Of a DNA stretch of 49,199 bases, positions 1 to 13,600 are shown one piece after another. A program made the translations under genes and the position numbers. The stretch spans positions 1 to 49,199 of the forward strand of contig JYFJ02002897.1 of the NCBI GenBank assembly GCA_000934665.2. The letters run 5' to 3'. The stretch comes from Catajapyx aquilonaris. Its lineage: Eukaryota. Numbering within the stretch: position 1 is the first letter of the stretch; each line of letters opens with the position of its first letter. Below the pieces are notes generated by a model. That model worked only from the letters and a program-made list of their open reading frames with translations, searched no databases and had not been told where the DNA came from.

Positions 1-97
1 TGGTTCAAGGTGACTACGTCGAAAAGTCTTAATAAAATTTTGACCATCAAACGTGTCTTTCAACATCAGGCTCAGAACTTATTGGACGACCCTCGTA
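1..97 (+). mobile_element. 3' end of a mariner-type DNA transposon (truncated by window edge)
   Basis: Positions 3-32 read V-Q-G-D-Y-V-E-K-S-stop, the typical mariner transposase C-terminus, followed by AATAAA. The terminus, reverse-complemented, reads TA-CGAGGGTCGTCCAATAAGT, a mariner-like TIR, with TA at 96-97. Confidence 0.75.
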
Positions 98-706
98 CTT
101 ACGAGATCTGGGAAAACCCTATGAATGTGTCTGGAACCATTTTACTCGTCTAGAAGTCCCTAAATTAATTTCCAAAAAAGGGCTATAATAACTCGAAATT
201 GGACTACTGCCGCCCAACTTTTAGGCTGATTTGATTATGAAATGCGTGAAAATATGCGGAATAACAACTTTGAGAACCATACCAGAGGAATTTGCTGAAA
301 TCGTCGTCCTTTGCGAGAAATTAATTAATACTTATTTGCGGCTTTCTGGCACTTCGGAAAACTTCGGAAAACTCCCAAATTTATTTCTTTCTCATGAAGT
401 ACGACGATTTCAGAAAATTCATCTCATACTCATTTAGGAGTTTTCCTAAGTGCTAGAAAGCCGCAAATAAATATTAATTTATTTCTCGCAAAGTACGACG
501 ATTTCAGCAAATTCCTCTGGTATGGTTTTCATGGTTGTTATTCCGCATATTTTCACGCATTTCATAATCAAATCAGCCTAAAAGTTGGGCGGCAGTAGTC
601 CAATTTCGAGTTATCATAGCCCTTTTTTGGAAATTAATTTAGGGACTTCTAGACGAGTAAAATGGTTCCAGACACATTCATAGGGTTTTCCCAGATCTCG
701 TAAGTA
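96..706. repeat. Long foldback inverted repeat (arms about 280-290 bp, high identity)
   Basis: tacttacgagatctgggaaaaccctatgaatgtgtctggaacc... from 96 is the reverse complement of ...ggttccagacacattcatagggttttcccagatctcgtaagta ending at 706. The match continues inward to about 380/430. Confidence 0.92.
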
Positions 707-759
707 TAGCTGTTATTATTTGCAAAATATATTGTCTGTATCTTCGGAGTACGCGTAAG

Positions 760-804
760 CCAAAAAGTGTGTGGTTCGGGCCGATCTGGGGCCGAAGGGG
801 TTAA
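760..804. mobile_element. Possible piggyBac-like terminus
   Basis: Ends ...ggccgaagggg-TTAA (801-804). The reverse complement TTAA-CCCCTT resembles piggyBac termini. The partner end is not in the window. Confidence 0.4.
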
Positions 805-975
805 TTGTAAGTGTAACAACATACTTTGCAGCCTTTATACCCTCTTTAGATTGCTACATTGGTCTTTATACCCTGAATTTCAAATGTAACACCAGCTTAC
901 AATAATGGAATTCCCTACTATCAAATACATCTTGCAAGATACTTGATTATACCTTGCCAAATAATATTATATTAC

Positions 976-3378
976 CTGCACAGCATCAGCAGCACATTTG
1001 TTGGCCACATCAGCAGCTAGGCACTTGGCAATAGATGCATAATACGTGTTCCTCCTTCCCTGGTCTATTTCCCAGGCAGCTCTCTGCCAGGCCAAGCGAG
1101 ATGTTTCAATCCCAATGGCCATGTCAGCAAGCATGAAAGCCACTGCCTGGTGATTAATGATCTGTGTACCAAAGGTCTTTCGTTCTAGGGAATACTTAGC
1201 TGCTTCATCCAAGCAGCGTTGGGCCAGTCCGCAAGCAGCAGATGCAACCTAGTAAAAATTCAGATATTAATATTTACTAGGTAGGATTTCTTTTCGTTTG
1301 GCTATGTATATGCAATAAATAACGTACAGGAGGTCTTGTGATATCAAATGCTCCCATGGCTATCTTGAACCCAGCGCCTTCTTCAATCAGCACATTCTCT
1401 TTAGGCACACGCACATCCTCAAAGGTGATGCCACGAGTGTCGGAGCAGCGTTGCCCCATGTTGATCTCCTTCCTGCCTGGGGTCACTCCAGGGGTATCCC
1501 TGTCCACTATAAAACCAGTGAAGGCCTTGTTTGTAGGAGCCTTTGGATCTGGATTGGTGCGGGCAAGCACAAAATACCAGTTGGCCACCCCTCCATTCGT
1601 GATCCACATCTTTTGCCCATTTAATATGTACTCATCACCCTTCTTCTCAGCCTTGGTTTTAATGCCTGCGACATCAGAGCCAGTGCCAGGTTCAGTCACA
1701 CCATAGGCCTGCAACACAGCATCTCATGATTATTCTCAGACTGTACTCCTGAGCCCTCAAGTGGAACTATTTTTGTGGGTGACTTTTTAATCGTAAAATA
1801 TGGGTGTGATGAGAGCAACACACAAATGAGTGTTACATAGCGAAGGAGATGCAATATTAGGTATCTTATCTCTCAATTAACTTACAGCAACAAGTGGCTC
1901 CTCCAAAAGCCTTCCCAAATACTTCTTCTTTTGTGCATCATTTCCAGCAATTATAACTGGGGCTTGCTGCAAGAAATTTAACAATAATCAGCACTAGTGT
2001 CCAAAAGGTTGACCACAAGAGAAAAAAAATACTACACAATACATTAGATCAAAGGTTCCCAAACTGTGCTCTGCGAAGCTTCTCCAAGTGCTCCACGAAG
2101 AGGTTGGGAAAAAAAGGAATTCTTCAATAAGCTATACCCATTCAAATCTCTCAGTTGCTTGTGTGACCTTGAACCCAATTTTTTCTTCGCCCGCGGCGCC
2201 CTTTCGCCCCTCACCTTCCCATTTTACTAATTTGGCGGCGCGATGCCAGAAAATAAGCTAGTGTTGAGGAAGCTTTAAAAATTAGGTTTCACAAAACTGA
2301 TGATATCACAGTTGCACAATGGGGGTAATGCAACGGGATACCAGAATGTACACATACTAACTCAATTAATATTTGAGTGAACAATAATTATGCAACTCCA
2401 AAAACTATCAATTTTCTCTCATTTCCTTAAAAAACCAAAATATTGAAAGATGGGCCTATGGCATTTGAAAAAATTGAAGATTCGCGATTTGCAAATCCAG
2501 ATTTTTCACATGGAGATTTTGGAAGGGAAAAATCCTCGTTTAACTTTTTTGTCCAATATTATTGGGAACAATCTCACTAAATTATTTCTAGCCATGCCCA
2601 AAGTGATCTTTGAACAGATTTGTATGGCATTAGTACAAAAATTACATACAGCCAAATTGCTGGCTTCCATAGCTGTCATGACTCCAGTGCAAGCATAAGA
2701 CAACTCCTCAGCAGCGAGACAAACGTCGAACACTCCCAATCCCAGCCCACCAAGCTCTTTTGGGACATGAAGGTTAAGCATTCCGAGCTCAAACGCCTTC
2801 TTGAGAATTGGCCACGGGTACTCCATTGACTTATCAAACTCAGCGGCCTGCGGAAGGACTTCCTCACGAGCAAATTTCCGAACCATGTCCTGGAATGCCT
2901 TCTGGGTGTCAGACAAATCTAAAATGTAAAGAAACCGTATACAGTAAGTATCACACCATCCAAGAAAAACCTTCGTTACAATGCATCACATAAGCTAATG
3001 CTTTCACAAAAACTTGAGCCAGCTTATTCAGTAACTTGAATACTTTGGCTATTTTGGTTTGTTGAAGTGCGATGTAATAAAATACAGAATTGTCCAGGTT
3101 TGCTTAATGCACTAAATTTTGTACACATGACAATAGTTTATTTGCAGCCCTTGCCAGATCATGGCAGTACTTCAACCGGGGCCTGTCAGTTGTCACTGTG
3201 TAAATGAGCTCATTGAACATCTCTTGCAATGGGAGGCTCAAGTGCAATATGACACCCTTGACTTATTGTTACCAAAGGACATAGTTCCCGCGGCCTCTCC
3301 GCTCTCAGCAGTGGACGCATGGGTGCTGAGCCCCCTGGCTCCGATGCTCATGGCACGGCACATCTGCCCACCAACAAG
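976..3378 (-). CDS. ACADM: Medium-chain acyl-CoA dehydrogenase, mitochondrial (3'-partial). Exons 3378-3273, 2918-2650, 1966-1886, 1708-1328, 1248-976
   Basis: Motifs [60 protein letters not shown]. All introns are GT-AG and phase-consistent. Exon 3378-3273 encodes a transit-like peptide ([17 protein letters not shown] at 3363). The last exon (expected IFGG...YEGT) is not in the window. Confidence 0.93.
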
Positions 3379-3422
3379 CTGTGGGATACATACATCCTTG
3401 GATTAATTTATTCACCTGTTTA

Positions 3423-3904
3423 TGAATATTCATACGGTAATATCTCTGCATTAGTCGGCCAAGCTTACCCTGATGAGTGCTGCCATTGCTAGTTTGACAG
3501 CTGGGGTCGGTCAAGCAGGAACAGTCGATGGTCATGTACAGGGGAGCAGGTCAGGAGTGATGGGAGACTGAGGGTGTCTGTCTGGACCGGTGATGCACCC
3601 AATGAACCCCACGAAATCTAGCGCATCTGATCAGCAGGGTGAGGAGATTATAAAAAACCAGCCAACGGCGCACCAGCTTGGGGCCTGTCACGTCACATGC
3701 TGGATTCCGGACGACAGGTGGCGGGACTGAGCCCGGTACATTGCAAGGGGATGGAGCAGTTCTAGTCCTGGTTGACAGATGGCGGAGGTGGGCAGGACTC
3801 GTGCGCCATCACCCGACCACGTGTGACACTTGTGTCTTATACAAATAATGCGGGACCACGCGCGGGACATACGGCGTGGTTGGGCTTCCTCTGTGTTGAT
3901 CACA
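3423..3904 (+). mobile_element. Possible solo LTR
   Basis: GC-richer segment of about 480 bp bounded by TG...CA, with TTTA on both flanks and an internal TATAAAA near 3648. No coding evidence. Confidence 0.25.
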
Positions 3905-4629
3905 TTTAATTCCCTGGAAGTAAAACTAGCAATTAAAATTAAATTCCACTTTCCCAATGGTCATCAAGAGCTAATAACAGTTATTAGCTCTTGATGTCAT
4001 CCTTGGTCAATTTGTCACATCCAAGAGTTGAGGTCAAATCACAAGGCACAAAATGTCACCATCCGGCAGCCAAAATGTGTTCTCTAGTGTCTCAGAGCAT
4101 TAATATTGATTTATTGATACCAACACAATATTTGTTATACATTTCTTCAGCCGTCACTATTTAGTTGTGTGTAGGACGCTGCAGGCTGCCTTTTGCAGTG
4201 GACCTCTTAAGCGTTGCTCCTTTTCTTGCCATGGGAAGTTGCAGAGAAGTGTCACTTGCACTGCAGGCCAAATCACTTACGTGGTATCACATGTTTGTAA
4301 AATTGTACACGTTCTTATACTGCTAGCACTGCACATCCATTGGTGAAATACAAATCAAGCCAGTGTTGGAGACATTTGTTATTTTACTGGACACACAAGT
4401 TTTACTGTGGAGACACTGAGGGACACAAGATTGTGGAATATATCTATGGTAAGTCCATATGGTAGGTTTGGCGGGGGCTACAACTGAGATACGGTACGGT
4501 TGGGCTAGCTCCCTACCTTTTTTAACTGGGGCAGTTCTTCTTTCAGTTGTTGCAGCACCGCCTTTTGAAATGTGCATGCACTTGCTGTTGTGTACTCTCA
4601 ACAATTGCTGGTGATGCAGCTCTTACGCT

Positions 4630-4990
4630 TCATCCTGCTGGAAATATCACGAAAGTACACCATAAACGGATGCACCGTTGCTTGTGAATGTTCCCAGCGA
4701 TATCCCAGGGTGTGTCCTGAATTACCAAAGTGTAATTTTCCGCAATGTTTCCTTGCATGATGACTTCATTAACTGGGATGGTATCCTTCAGATCTGCGAG
4801 GTACTTTGACTGGGCTTCTGCGGTGAAGTGGTACTGAGTTAATTCCACCAACATGTCGGCAAAGTTCTTGAGAAAGACCTCACTGCTCTTGATAATTCTC
4901 ATCAGAGTAATCTTGTCTGTTGTGATCCATTGCTTCAAACTGCATCTCTTCCAAGGAGTGATCATTGGCTGCCAGTCCTCCATCACCCAA
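4630..4990 (-). pseudogene. Degenerate DNA-transposase fragment, Sola2-like
   Basis: KQWITTDK...HFTAEAQSKYL...GNIAENYTLVIQD, then after a frameshift GYRWEHSQATVHPFMVY. This matches the remembered QWxTTDR..DFxENY..QD..HW..QATxHP pattern of arthropod transposases; the superfamily label is from memory. Confidence 0.6.
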
Positions 4991-5443
4991 GATCCTTCGA
5001 TCCCCAGGTCACTTACATTTTCTCATCATACTTACATGCTTCCGATTCCAAACTGCACACTGTTTTACCCAAGCATCCAGACAGCAATATAGAGTGGGTG
5101 ATGGGCCAGCATGAATTTAACATTATGAGGTACACACACAGACTGAATGTGTACTTTGAGAAACTGTGAGGATGCACGAGGGCAGCGAAAGTAATATTCT
5201 TCAATATCCTTTTCCAAACTAAGTTGTTGAGCAGTTGAAATAAATCCCAATTTTCAGACTAATCAAAAAATGTAGAGTGACATTCTGGAACATTTTTTGT
5301 TTTATCTCATGGACTTGTTAATGAAACTTATGCCATGTCATATATATGCTTGAGACATTGGTAATGGTTAAGCCACCATTATGACTGTTAAGTTATAATA
5401 ATAAAAAATCGATGTACCAGTAATATGTACAGAGCTCTGAGGC

Positions 5444-7638
5444 TCAGTATCGTTTGAACTGTTTTTTGAACTTCTCATAATGGTAATCGTCTGTTGCCTT
5501 CTCTCCTAACTCCTTAACTCGCTCCACTTTCTCTCCAGGTTCTGCCCCCACAACCACAATAGCCCTCTTCCTCTCTTCCTTCCTTTCCTTTTTCCTAGGA
5601 GGCTCAGGATCCTCAATGTTGACTATTGAAAGAGAAATAAAAAGCCACCATTTAACTTTCATGTGCCACCTGACGAAAATAAGCAAACACATTGTGACCA
5701 ACTTACATCGGTTGTGCTGAACAAAATTGACAGCCATATTTGTAGGTACAAATTGGGATGGTCCCTCCTTCTTGCTAAGCCTTTCCTTCAACAGACGCTG
5801 CTTAGCCTCCTCAGTTGCCTCAATGTTCTTAATTTTAGCTCTGCAAAGACATACAGCTGTTATTCTAGGGCTATAAAGGTGCTTTTTAGGGTGAGTCACA
5901 AATATAAAAAGTAGTATTTACTTATGCTACAACTACTTTTGATTTGTGACATCGACTGGAATGGTGTTATAATGGGGTCCTAGCCTACATTTTGCAAACC
6001 CACGTAAAAAATCATCCTGATTTTTAAATGAATTTTTGTGCTGAAAAGTGGTGGTTTGGTTTGGTTTATTAATAAGAAGCCAAAGCAACTATGGCTATCT
6101 GGCTATAGAAGAAGCAAAGGTGGGACAGATGGAGAGAGAAACGAAGAGGGAAAAGAAGAGAGGAAAGACTGGCCTCTCTCTTAGTCTGTCTCCTATCACA
6201 AAGACCTGTCTGGCTTGGGTGGCCCTACCAGTAGACAAACCTGCCACCGGCATACCTCTTGGGGTCACGGGAAAAGTGGTGAAATGCATGTTTATAGACT
6301 GCATGGTTGAACTATTTGTGTACAAATTTCCGAAATCCCAGGCCAAGGCTAGAACCCCATTATAACAGAAATAGTAACTACACTGTACTCCTGATTATCC
6401 GGGCTAATGGCTGCACGGGTGTTGCCAGATAATAATAGGAAAACACTGATAATCGGAAAAGGGACCTAGATACCGTAAAATGAGCTCGTCACAGGTTTTT
6501 AATGAACGACTGTACATACTGTTTCTGCTTTAAATGAGATTTAATCAAAATTAGAAAATTTTCCATAGATTCGTCCATAGTTTTTCTAGGAAAAGTCTGA
6601 AATTACATTTCTTTGCTTGCAAGAAAAATTGACACTATTTTATTTTGTTTTAGCCATGCATGGATAATCCGCACCTGGATGATCGGGAGTACAGTGTATG
6701 TCCTTACAACTTTGTTCATATCAGGGATGAGGCTATACCACCTGCAACCTCTGCATCAATATGTTAAACTCACTCTATTCCCAAGTCAACTTCTGGGATC
6801 CCACTGAGCATCTGATTGGACAACATCTCCTCAGACTTCTTGGAGGACGACTTCCTGAGCTCCTCAGGTACGGCCAGAAGGGCTGCTTCCTCTGTGCTGA
6901 CATGCTTCTTGCTTCCCTCCTGACCTTCGGACTCTTCGTCATCCCCTTCCCCTTCCTCACCCTGCCGTCCTCCCCTGCTCCTGCCCCCTGCTCCGCCGCC
7001 TCCATCCCCTCCCATCCCGCCTCCTCCTCCCATTCCCTTCCCGGTCTTCTTGGCCACCTCCACCTCAATGTACTTCATCATCTCCGCATCCTCATCTCTC
7101 GTGTTGGTTTCTGCCGAAAACTGGGTACCAATCCCAGTGTCATAAGCATCGTCCGCTCTCTTCATCTTACCACCCATCAAGGCCTTCATGTCCACCATCC
7201 CGCCAGCCTTTGGATTGTACCCATCCTTCTGTTGGTACACGAGGGGAGCATATTAGGTGTGTTCTCATTACTAAAAATAGTTTCCATGAGATGTCTACGA
7301 ATAAGTTCATACCGAGTACCCATCATTGGATGCTCCAGACCTGTTTCCAGAGGAGAGGGCCTCTACGCTGACCCCCTTCTGCCTCCTCCTGAGCTTCTGA
7401 AGCTCCCTGGTTTCCCCCACAATTGACCTGGAATGGAACAGAGCGCGTTACTTTCAATCCCTGATGCAACCCAACATTGTAACCATTGTCCTTACGCGAT
7501 GGCCAGCGCCTCCCGGTTCGTCCCCTTGTCCGCTCGTCCCCCATCCTCCTCCTCGTCCGAAGACGACTTCCTCCTCTGCCTCAGCTGCTTCTTTCTCGAA
7601 GACTTGAACTTCACAACACTCTGCTCAGAATCAGACAT
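5444..7638 (-). CDS. C9orf78: C9orf78/TLS1 (HCA59-family) spliceosome-associated protein. Exons 7638-7496, 7427-7313, 7228-6774, 5840-5707, 5622-5444
   Basis: Motifs FSAETNTRDEDAEMMKYIE, EEMLSNQMLSGIPEVDLGIEAKIKNIEATEEAK, FVPTNMAVNFVQHNRF, EKATDDYHYEKFKKQ. Splice phases are consistent. Confidence 0.92.
6381..6696. mobile_element. TA-flanked MITE (pogo/Tc1-type) in a C9orf78 intron
   Basis: TA-cactgtactcctgattatccggg ... cctggatgatcgggagtacagtg-TA: imperfect TIRs of about 23 bp with a TA duplication. Confidence 0.75.
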
Positions 7639-7764
7639 TTTTTCCAACTGTCTGCCGCTATCGACTATTTCCCTACACAACTTTTATTGCGATGGTGATG
7701 TGATGTCGATAGGACAGCCAGTTCGATACGATCTTCCTGACACATGACCAAAAGTTTGAGCAAC
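7639..7764. promoter_or_regulatory. Bidirectional promoter region between C9orf78 and FPGS-1
   Basis: Only 126 bp separate the divergent ATGs (7638 and 7765). Contains DRE-like partial motifs (tatcgac, gtcgatag, tcgata). Confidence 0.6.
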
Positions 7765-9692
7765 ATGACGAGTTGTTATCAGGTTTGATTACATGTTTTC
7801 ACGACTAATATTTATGGGGATTGTAAAGGGAAAATATGCGCGTTAAGACGGTCTGTTCATGACCCAATAATTAATTCCAGCACGTGATACATTCACCGTG
7901 CGATTTATTTTAAACCACTTGAGACTGCAAGACTATGTCTGATAGTAAATTTAAAGCTTGTAATAATTTGAAGGTTCCAATACAAAAGTCCCTTTGCAGT
8001 TTTCAAGTTGGGGGTAGGATGAAAAGTTGCTGAATGTTTGCCCCAGCAACCAGTTCATTTGGGTGATGTTGACTTCCCTCTTTTATTTGCTGAAATAATT
8101 GCGCTGGAAAACTGGACAAATGTTGACCCTGCTCATTCCTGTTACCTACCATATAGGATGCAGTGAGGACCCTCAACTCCTTCCAGTCAACTCCAGCAAT
8201 GAGACAACTTAGGAAGAGTTCAGCGCCAAGTAATGTCAACATGACCAAACATTACTTGGACTTGCTTGGGATAACGACAGATGATTTGGACTCGCTAAAG
8301 ATCATTCACGTATCTGGGACCAAAGGGAAAGGGTCCACCTGCGCCTTATGTGAATCAATGTTGCGGCACAGGGGGTTGAAGACGGGGATGTTCACCTCTC
8401 CTCACCTGGTGTCGGTGAGGGAAAGGATCAGGATCAACGGGAAGCCTCTCAGCCAACAACAATTTGCTGGTTACTTCTGGGAAGTGAAGAAGAAACTTAG
8501 CTGCAGCGATTCCATGCCAGCGTACTTCATGTTCTTGACTGTGATGGCGTTCTGGGTTTTTGTTTCTGAGAAGGTTGACGTTGCTATTGTCGAGGTTGGG
8601 ATTGGTGGGACCAATGACAGCACCAATGTCCTTAGACGTCCGGCTGTTGTTGGCATTGCCTCTCTGGGGTTAGACCATGTCGCCACACTTGGAAATACAA
8701 TTGAGAGCATTGCTGCACACAAGGCTGGGATCATGAAACCTGGCGTGGTTGCAGTGACCTCACCCCACCAACCTGAATCTGCACTCCACGTCCTGCGACA
8801 ACATGCAGCTAAAACTGGTGTGAGTTCTGAGTTGTACTTGCAATCATAAGCCAGTGCAATATGCGAGAGAATAAGAAACAGGCCTTAATGGCATACCGAG
8901 TTTTGATTCAGCTTGTACTTGTACAATAAAATTTCTGTTCTCATTTTCAGTGTGAACTGCATGTAGCTGCTGAACTGATTTCACTTGCTGTAAAACTGGA
9001 GCTTGGGATAGAAGGTGATGTGCAGCAACTGAATGCAGCCTTGGCCTTGGAACTGTGTCACCGCTGGCTTGGTATTCCACCAATGGAAGTCACGAGTGAT
9101 GATGTCACGGCTCTGAAGCTATGCAAGTGGCCAGGGCGATGTCAAGTCCTGAAATATGGGCAACTCTCTTTCTATTTAGATGGAGCGCATACTATTGAGA
9201 GTATCCAGCACAGCGTTAACTGGTTTTCATCATCTGTCACCAATTGTGAAGCACCCAAACTGTTGATTTTTCATGCGACACGTGGTCGTGATGCACACTC
9301 TCTGTTAACGCCAATTGCCAAATGCCAGTTTCAGGCCACTATTTTCTGCACCCCAAATGCAAGCGACGACATCAGTGCAAGTTCAGGTGATCATCAATTC
9401 TCGATCGTCCACTCTGTAACACTTGCACTTGTAACTGATCTAAATTTCTCCCACAGATAATGCTGATCTAACTGTGACACTACAAGATCAACTCCGAACT
9501 TGCCAAATCCAACAAGATGCCTGGGTGTCACTAACATCTGATCCAAAGTCAATGGTGATCAGCAGTGCAGGGAGAGTTATTGAATGGATTCAGTCAGAGT
9601 ATGGTCACTGTAATCAAGCGCATATATTTATCACCGGGTCACTCCATTTGGTTGGGACATTTTTGGCAACCTTAGATTCAACAAGACAGTGA
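7765..9692 (+). CDS. FPGS: Folylpolyglutamate synthase paralog 1 (short, no leader seen). Exons 7765-7782, 8157-8819, 8951-9386, 9457-9692
   Basis: MTSCYQ|DAVRTLNS, IIHVSGTKGKGSTCA P-loop, FTSPHLVSVRERIRING, EVGIGG, WPGR, YLDGAHT, ITGSLHLVG. GT-AG introns are phase-consistent. Confidence 0.9.
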
Positions 9693-10621
9693 TATAACTA
9701 TCCAATATGAAACAATGTCCATGACGAAGTAGTACATATGAATATATGAAAATACATAATTTTTACACATCTAAGCAAGTCCTTTATCACCCAAACGTCA
9801 CCAAGTGACCTAATTGCTAGATTATAAATATGTGACTCAAAGTTTTTGGAACTAGCCCTTTTAAAATGTGAGTCATTAAAATAGCTTATTGAGCTGAGAA
9901 TGAGTGCTAAAACTGCTAAGTAAAAACCTTGCGTACTTGGCCAGTTTTTATAGCTTGCTATCCAGACTTGAATGATCATATAAAATACCAAATCACAATT
10001 TAACGCATACGGATTGGTCCACGATCAAAACCTAATTTGTTATATATATATATTTTTTTTAAACAGTTGAGAATTACTTGCATCATTATAGTGTGTGAAC
10101 AGTAATTTTTTTTCTCACTCACTATTGATGGCTGATCCAAATAACTATCTATTCATTAAAAAGCACACTTCTTTGATTTGTTTGGCTGAATTAAATTATA
10201 GATTGCATGCAAGGGACAAAAAATGTTCAAGGGTCTTCCCTTCAAGCCCAGACATGGAAAGTGTTTGACCTTTTTTCAATGGTAGGAATGTGAACTTTAC
10301 TATTACCCTTGCACATCTTGCAAATGTGCGAAAAGAGAACGGCCATGATTAACTTAAGAGCTGCTCACTGTTTCATCACAACTTTTAGTTCTATTACAAC
10401 CAGTAACTCACTACACAATATCTCACCCATACCTGAAATCCACTTGCTTAATTAATCTGTGCATAAAATAAAACTATTGCACGGCCCATGTAATACCAGT
10501 CCCAGTTCATACAAATGGAAGGTAATTTCATGGAGTAAATACAGACATTTCAATTAAAAATTACTTAATCTTCTACCAGAATGACTGTTCAACAACACCT
10601 GCGACTAAATAAGGAGTCCTG

Positions 10622-13600
10622 TTATGGCGTTCCAGGAGGTCTGTTCATCTGGTTGTCTGCACTCTCCTTCCAGTAGGACTTGATTGCATGGGCTACTGAT
10701 CGGGAGCGTAGTGGTGCGTCACCACTGGTGATGTCAGGCTGGATCACCGCCAATACACCCCCAACTAAGTGTAGTGAACCCATAACTAGGATCTGCGTGT
10801 GGTCAAAATCTTCCTTCATCCACCGGGGCCTCTCCTCGTCATCTTCACTGTCACCTAGCCACTCAAGGGCAGCGCTTATGGACGGCATTGTTGTCACTGA
10901 TTGGTGACACCTATTGTTTGCTCTGCTCTTATCATCCTCATCTTTGGACAAAAGCTCCATCCAGACCTTTCCTTGCAACTGGCACCGATGAAGTTGGTAC
11001 TGCCTTGACACAGTCATGTTAGCTTGGTCTGTAATATATACAAATGAAATTATATGCCTCGTCAACTTCACAAAGTTGGCGGAAAAAAATGCAACTGACC
11101 TGAATCATCGGTAACGACAGTGTCCACATTGTTGGTGCAAAACACAACTGCATTGAACCCGCAGCTGATGAGTCGATGCAGCAAACTCCTGGCATCCCTG
11201 TCTCCTGTGCTGTTGAAGAGCAGGCATCTGGCTACCTTCTTGTGCCCATGACTGGCTGCCTTGCTTGCCTCCTCAAACCACTCTACTCCGGCCTCAACAC
11301 TCTCCACTGTGTGAGCTCCATCCAAGAAATAAGTGATGGGACCTTTCGAGATGACCTGGGATCTTCCAGGCCAGTTGCATGATTGGAGACCACGGACAAT
11401 CTCCGACCCCACCTTGAAAGGTTTGCCAAGGCGATCACAAGCTTCACTTTCCGGCCTCCTGAGGCTTTCCAACATGTCATCCTGCAGCCAGAACTGGCAC
11501 AGTTGAAGTGCCAGAGCCGCGTTCAGTGCCTGCACTTTGCTGCTCAGTTTAATGGATTGCCGTCCCCAATCGTAAGCCTTGAAAGGAGGTGCCAGGTAGA
11601 GATTGACTGACTTCTCATCAGCCACCTTCTGAATAACTTCGAGAGCCTCAGGTGGCTGCCCTGGAGTAGTAAAAGCTGGAGCACCAGACTTGATTATGCC
11701 TGCCTTGTGAAAGGCTATTTCCTCAATGGTGTTTCCTAACAGTTTTGTGTGGTCTAGTCCAAGGGATGTTATGCCAACAGCCACAGGCTTTCTGCAATAA
11801 TAGAGTTGTGGTGGGAAAATTGATGTCACTGGACAAAAATGAGAGGATGTTGGACATGGTTGGAAGTAACACATGCAGGTGAGTCTTGAAATGGTTAAAG
11901 AAAATTGAAAATGCCAATTTAGCCTTACCTGATGACGTTGGTGCAATCATACAGTCCACCAATTCCAACTTCAATGATGGCTACATCAACTTTCTCAGTG
12001 CTGAAGATGTATAAAGCCATGATGGTGAGGAACTTAAAGTATGCTGGCATTGTTTCTGCGCCACTTCCATGAATCCTGCCCATGACTTCCCAGAAGTATG
12101 TCGCAAACTGGGCTTCCCCTATGGGGACCCCATTTATCCTGATTCGTTCCCTGACTGACACCAGATGAGGCGAGGTAAACATCCCTGTCTTCAATCCACG
12201 TTGAAGCAGCAATGATTCACAAAAGGCACAGGTGGATCCCTTGCCTTTAGTTCCAGACACATGTATTATTTTCATGGAATCCAGGTCATCCATGGTCACG
12301 CCGCAGGCTTCAAGGAACTTGGCCGACTCGGGCACATTTAAGTGAGGCTTGCGCACATGAGCAGGGCTAGCAAGGGTCTGGGCATTAGTCTGGAGAGAGT
12401 TAAGGGCCTGGATTGCATCCTGGAAACAAACACATCTTTTACTCCACATTGCATTGTGTAGAAGAATTGAGATGAGAGCAATAACAATAGTAATGAAGTC
12501 AAAAGCACATGCCCTGGAGTTCTTTAGCAGAGGAAGCACTAATCAATTCACATATGGTGTGGTGCTAGTATCAAGAAAGAATATAAGAATTAACACATCA
12601 TTATCACATAAGGTGACCCATAACTTAGGGGATAATCTAGAGGTGATATGACTGTAATAAACTAATAATGGACCTCACATAGGTGTGTATACCAAATCAC
12701 ATTATTATATCAGTAAAGTTCAAAGGCTTTACGGCCTTGACGAAGAATGAGTCAAGATTATGCAACTGGTGTCTGGGGACATGGGATTAAAAAGATATTA
12801 AGTCTTGTCAGTGGGAACTGAGGCTAGGTTGATAAATAGAGGTTTCTGGGTTGAGAAATGAATTAGGATGAATAAGTAACATCAAGGTAACATGTGATCT
12901 AAGTCAAATCAATCAGCTGGATAACAGGATACAGCTTAGTATCAATAGTGAGGGTAAATTTAAATCTGTGTATCATGAGTTCATGACTATTGTGTGACCA
13001 TCCATTGGATCAGTTGAATATGGAGATTAGCACAGTTAAGAAAGATTTGAGTAGAGGCATAGATTTGATTATTGCATAAATATTACAATTACATGACTTT
13101 GGCAGGTCAATGTATAGTCCTGCTGTACTGAGGCATCTCTAAATGCAGCTACCATCCTTCACAAATTAACATCTTTCCTGTTTTGTGCCCCGAGTTACAT
13201 AAGTAGCAAAGCAGTAACAATACACCAGGGCCTACCAAAATTCATTCATGGTTTTTATCATTCACTTAGCGTACTCATCCACATGCAAAATACATCACAA
13301 ATTGTGGAGAATGTATCACAACATTACTACATTTCTGTTGTGAAAGGGATCGCAAGAGCTTGTTAGGCAAAAATAGACTAATTTCTGTTGTAAGACAACA
13401 GGACAATTTCCAAAGTATTGAAATTGATTTCTTGTTGCCGTTGTGCATGATAGAAATTAGTAATAATGACCTCTGTGACCACCTACTAAAATTAATATAA
13501 CATATTAGTCTTGCTCTCTAGCCAAATTAGCCAAAATGTAGTTCTCAAAATCCACAATTTTCTGCACACTCATTGTACAACATTGCTCGCATGTTCCACA

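Noticed and set aside
231..437. 68-aa ORF in the left arm of the foldback
   Set aside because: Lies inside a non-coding inverted repeat, starts at TTG and has no recognisable motif.
2050..2110. hAT-like terminus caaaggttcccaaactgtgctc
   Set aside because: No partner TIR or 8-bp duplication could be located.
6761..7426. 221-aa plus-strand ORF
   Set aside because: Antisense shadow of the GC-rich C9orf78 exons.
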